A stretch of DNA of 64,000 nucleotides. Source: Macrostomum lignano (taxonomy: Eukaryota). Position numbers and translations under genes: made by a program. Numbering within the stretch: the stretch's first letter is position 1; every line of letters begins with the position of its first letter. Location: NCBI GenBank assembly GCA_002269645.1, contig NIVC01002905.1, positions 66,616-130,615 of the forward strand. The letters run 5' to 3'. The notes beneath the pieces are model-generated. The model did no database searches. It had not been told where the DNA came from and saw only the letters and a program-made list of their open reading frames with translations. Of the stretch, positions 61,701 to 64,000 are shown piece after piece.

Positions 61701-64000
61701 GTAGAATAGCTGGTCCACCTAACCTACAGACACAACTCGAACAGATTTCTCTGTCTGTTTGAGGCTCTGGCTCTTAGTGGTCCACATAACCTACAGACAA
61801 AACTGAAGCAGCTCTCTCAGTCTGTTTGAGGCTTTGGCTCACAGTAGCTGGTCCACCTAACCTACAGACACAACTCGAACAGATTTCTCTGTCTGTTTGA
61901 GGCTCTGGCTCTCAGAGCCGCCGAGAAAGTTTAGTGCCGAGAATGCTTCAGTTTGTTAGAATGCAATCAGAACAGATTCCTAGAAAGTGAGCTAGTCCAG
62001 CATCAAGGCAGAACATCTGGATGTGTAACGAGAGGCTCTCGGAGATTCCTGGCTCAGATTATCGCCTAGAAGTGCTGTAGAATAGCTGGTCCACCTAACA
62101 TACAGACACAACTCGAACAGATTTCTCTGTCTGTTTAGGCTCTGGCTCTCAGAGCCGCCGAGAAAGTTTAGTGCCGAGAATGCTTCAGTTTGTTAGAATG
62201 CAATCAGAACAGATTCCTAGAAAGTGAGCTAGTCCAGCATCAAGGCAGAACATCTGGATGTGTAACGAGAGGCTCTCGGAGATTCCTGGCTCAGATTATC
62301 GCCTAGAAGTGCTGTAGAATAGCTGGTCCACCTAACCTACAGACACAACTCGAACAGATTTCTCTGTCTGTTTGAGGCTCTGGCTCTCAGAGCCGCCGAG
62401 AAAGTTTAGTGCCGAGAATGCTTCAGTTTGTTAGAATGCAATCAGAACAGATTCCTAGAAAGTGAGCTAGTCCAGCATCAAGGCAGAACATCTGGATGTG
62501 TAACGAGAGGCTCTCGAGATTCCTGGCTCAGATTATCGCCTAGAAGTGCTGTAGAATAGCTGGTCCACCTAACCTACAGACACAACTCGAACAGATTTCT
62601 CTGTCTGTTTGAGGCTCTGGCTCTCAGAGCCGCCGAGAAAGTTTAGTGCCGAGAATGCTTCAGTTTGTTAGAATGCAATCAGAACAGATTCCTAGAAAGT
62701 GAGCTAGTCCAGCATCAAGGCAGAACATCTGGATGTGTAACGAGAGGCTCTCGGAGATTCCTGGCTCAGATTATCGCCTAGAAGTGCTGTGGAGTAGCTG
62801 GTCACACTAACCTACAGACACAACTCGAACAGATTTCTCTGTCTGTTTGAGGCTCTGGCTCTCAGAGCGCCGAGAAAGTTTAGTGCCAAGAATGCTTCAT
62901 TTGTTAGAATGCAATCAGAACAGATTCCTAGAAAGTGAGCTAGTCCAGCATCAAGGCAGAACATCTGGATGTGTAACGAGAGGCTCTCGGAGATTCCTGG
63001 CTCAGATTATCGCCTAGAAGTGCTGTGGAGTAGCTGGTCCACCTAACCTACAGACACAACTCGAACAGATTTCTCTGTCTGTTTGAGGCTCTGGCTCTCA
63101 GAGCCGCCGAGAAAGTTAGTGCCGAGAATGCTTCATTTGTTAGAATGCAATCAGAACAGATTCCTAGAAAGTGAGCTAGTCCAGCATCAAGGCAGAACAT
63201 CTGGATGTGTAACGAGAGGCTCTCGGAGATTCCTGGCTCAGATTATCGCCTAGAAGTGCTGTGGAGTAGCTGGTCACCTAACCTACAGACACAACTCGAA
63301 CAGATTTCTCTGTCTGTTTAGGCTCTGGCTCTCAGAGCCGCCGAGAAAGTTTAGTGCCAGAATGCTTCAGTTTGTTAGAATGCAATCAGAACAGATTCCT
63401 AGAAAGTGAGCTAGTCCAGCATCAAGGCAGAACATCTGGATGTGTAACGAGAGGCTCTCGGAGATTCCTGGCTCAGATTATCGCCTAGAAGTGCTGTAGA
63501 ATAGCTGGTCCACCTAACCTACAGACACAACTCGAACAGATTTCTCTGTCTGTTTGAGGCTCTGGCTCTCAGAGCCGCCGAGAAAGTTTAGTGCCGAGAA
63601 TGCTTCAGTTTGTTAGAATGCAATCAGAACAGATTCCTAGAAAGTGAGCTAGTCCAGCATCAAGGCAGAACATCTGGATGTGTAACGAGAGGCTCTCGGA
63701 GATTCCTGGCTCAGATTATCGCCTAGAAGTGCTGTAGAATAGCTGGTCCACCTAACCTACAGACACAACTCGAACAGATTTCTCTGTCTGTTGAGGCTCT
63801 GGCTCTCAGAGCCGCCGAGAAAGTTTAGTGCCAAGAATGCTTCATTTTGTTAGAATGCAATCAGAACAGATTCCTAGAAAGTGAGCTAGTCCAGCATCAA
63901 GGCAGAACATCTGGATGTGTAACGAGAGGTCTCGGAGATTCCTGGCTCAGATTATCGCCTAGAAGTGCTGTAGAATAGCTGGTCCACCTAACCTACAGAC
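49717..64000 (+). repeat. 238-bp satellite DNA, about 59 highly similar monomers, preceded by three 68-71 bp short units; runs off the window
   Basis: gcctagaa at 51483 and 51721 gives period 238. ggtccac anchors lie at 49732, 49803, 49871, 49942 and 50180. Confidence 0.99.

Noticed and set aside
49717-64000. CRISPR-like or ribozyme-bearing array
   Set aside because: There are no unique spacers (whole monomers repeat), no cas genes, and the context is eukaryotic. No hammerhead CTGANGA core on either strand and no twister GGTCCCAAGCCC-like motif.

Overview
This is eukaryotic (invertebrate) genomic DNA, and roughly 70% of it is tandem repeat. The intron-resident minisatellites, the decayed RTE-type LINE and the GPCR type suggest a free-living flatworm such as Macrostomum, but that is inference only. 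Three gene models can be read. (1) A P2X ATP-gated channel on + has 7 coding exons (6171-34581, 544 aa) and a 21.7-kb first intron that is about 95% satellite; every intron carries its own minisatellite. (2) A class A peptide-receptor-like GPCR on - has an uninterrupted CDS (40550-41878, 442 aa). (3) An orphan gene on + has at least two exons (46562-47683). From about 49717 to the window end runs a homogeneous 238-bp satellite (about 59 monomers, with an 11.3-kb higher-order duplication). The most notable unexplained structures are: inverted minisatellites bracketing P2X exon 3; a foldback-like element whose arm motif is the seed of the 238-bp satellite; hAT-like TIRs on the GGCGCC 20/21-mer arrays; and unusual TM2 substitutions in the P2X channel. 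No prokaryotic systems, CRISPR arrays, rRNA or tRNA were found. All giant ORFs in the track are repeat artefacts. Array lengths and scattered indels may reflect long-read assembly error.
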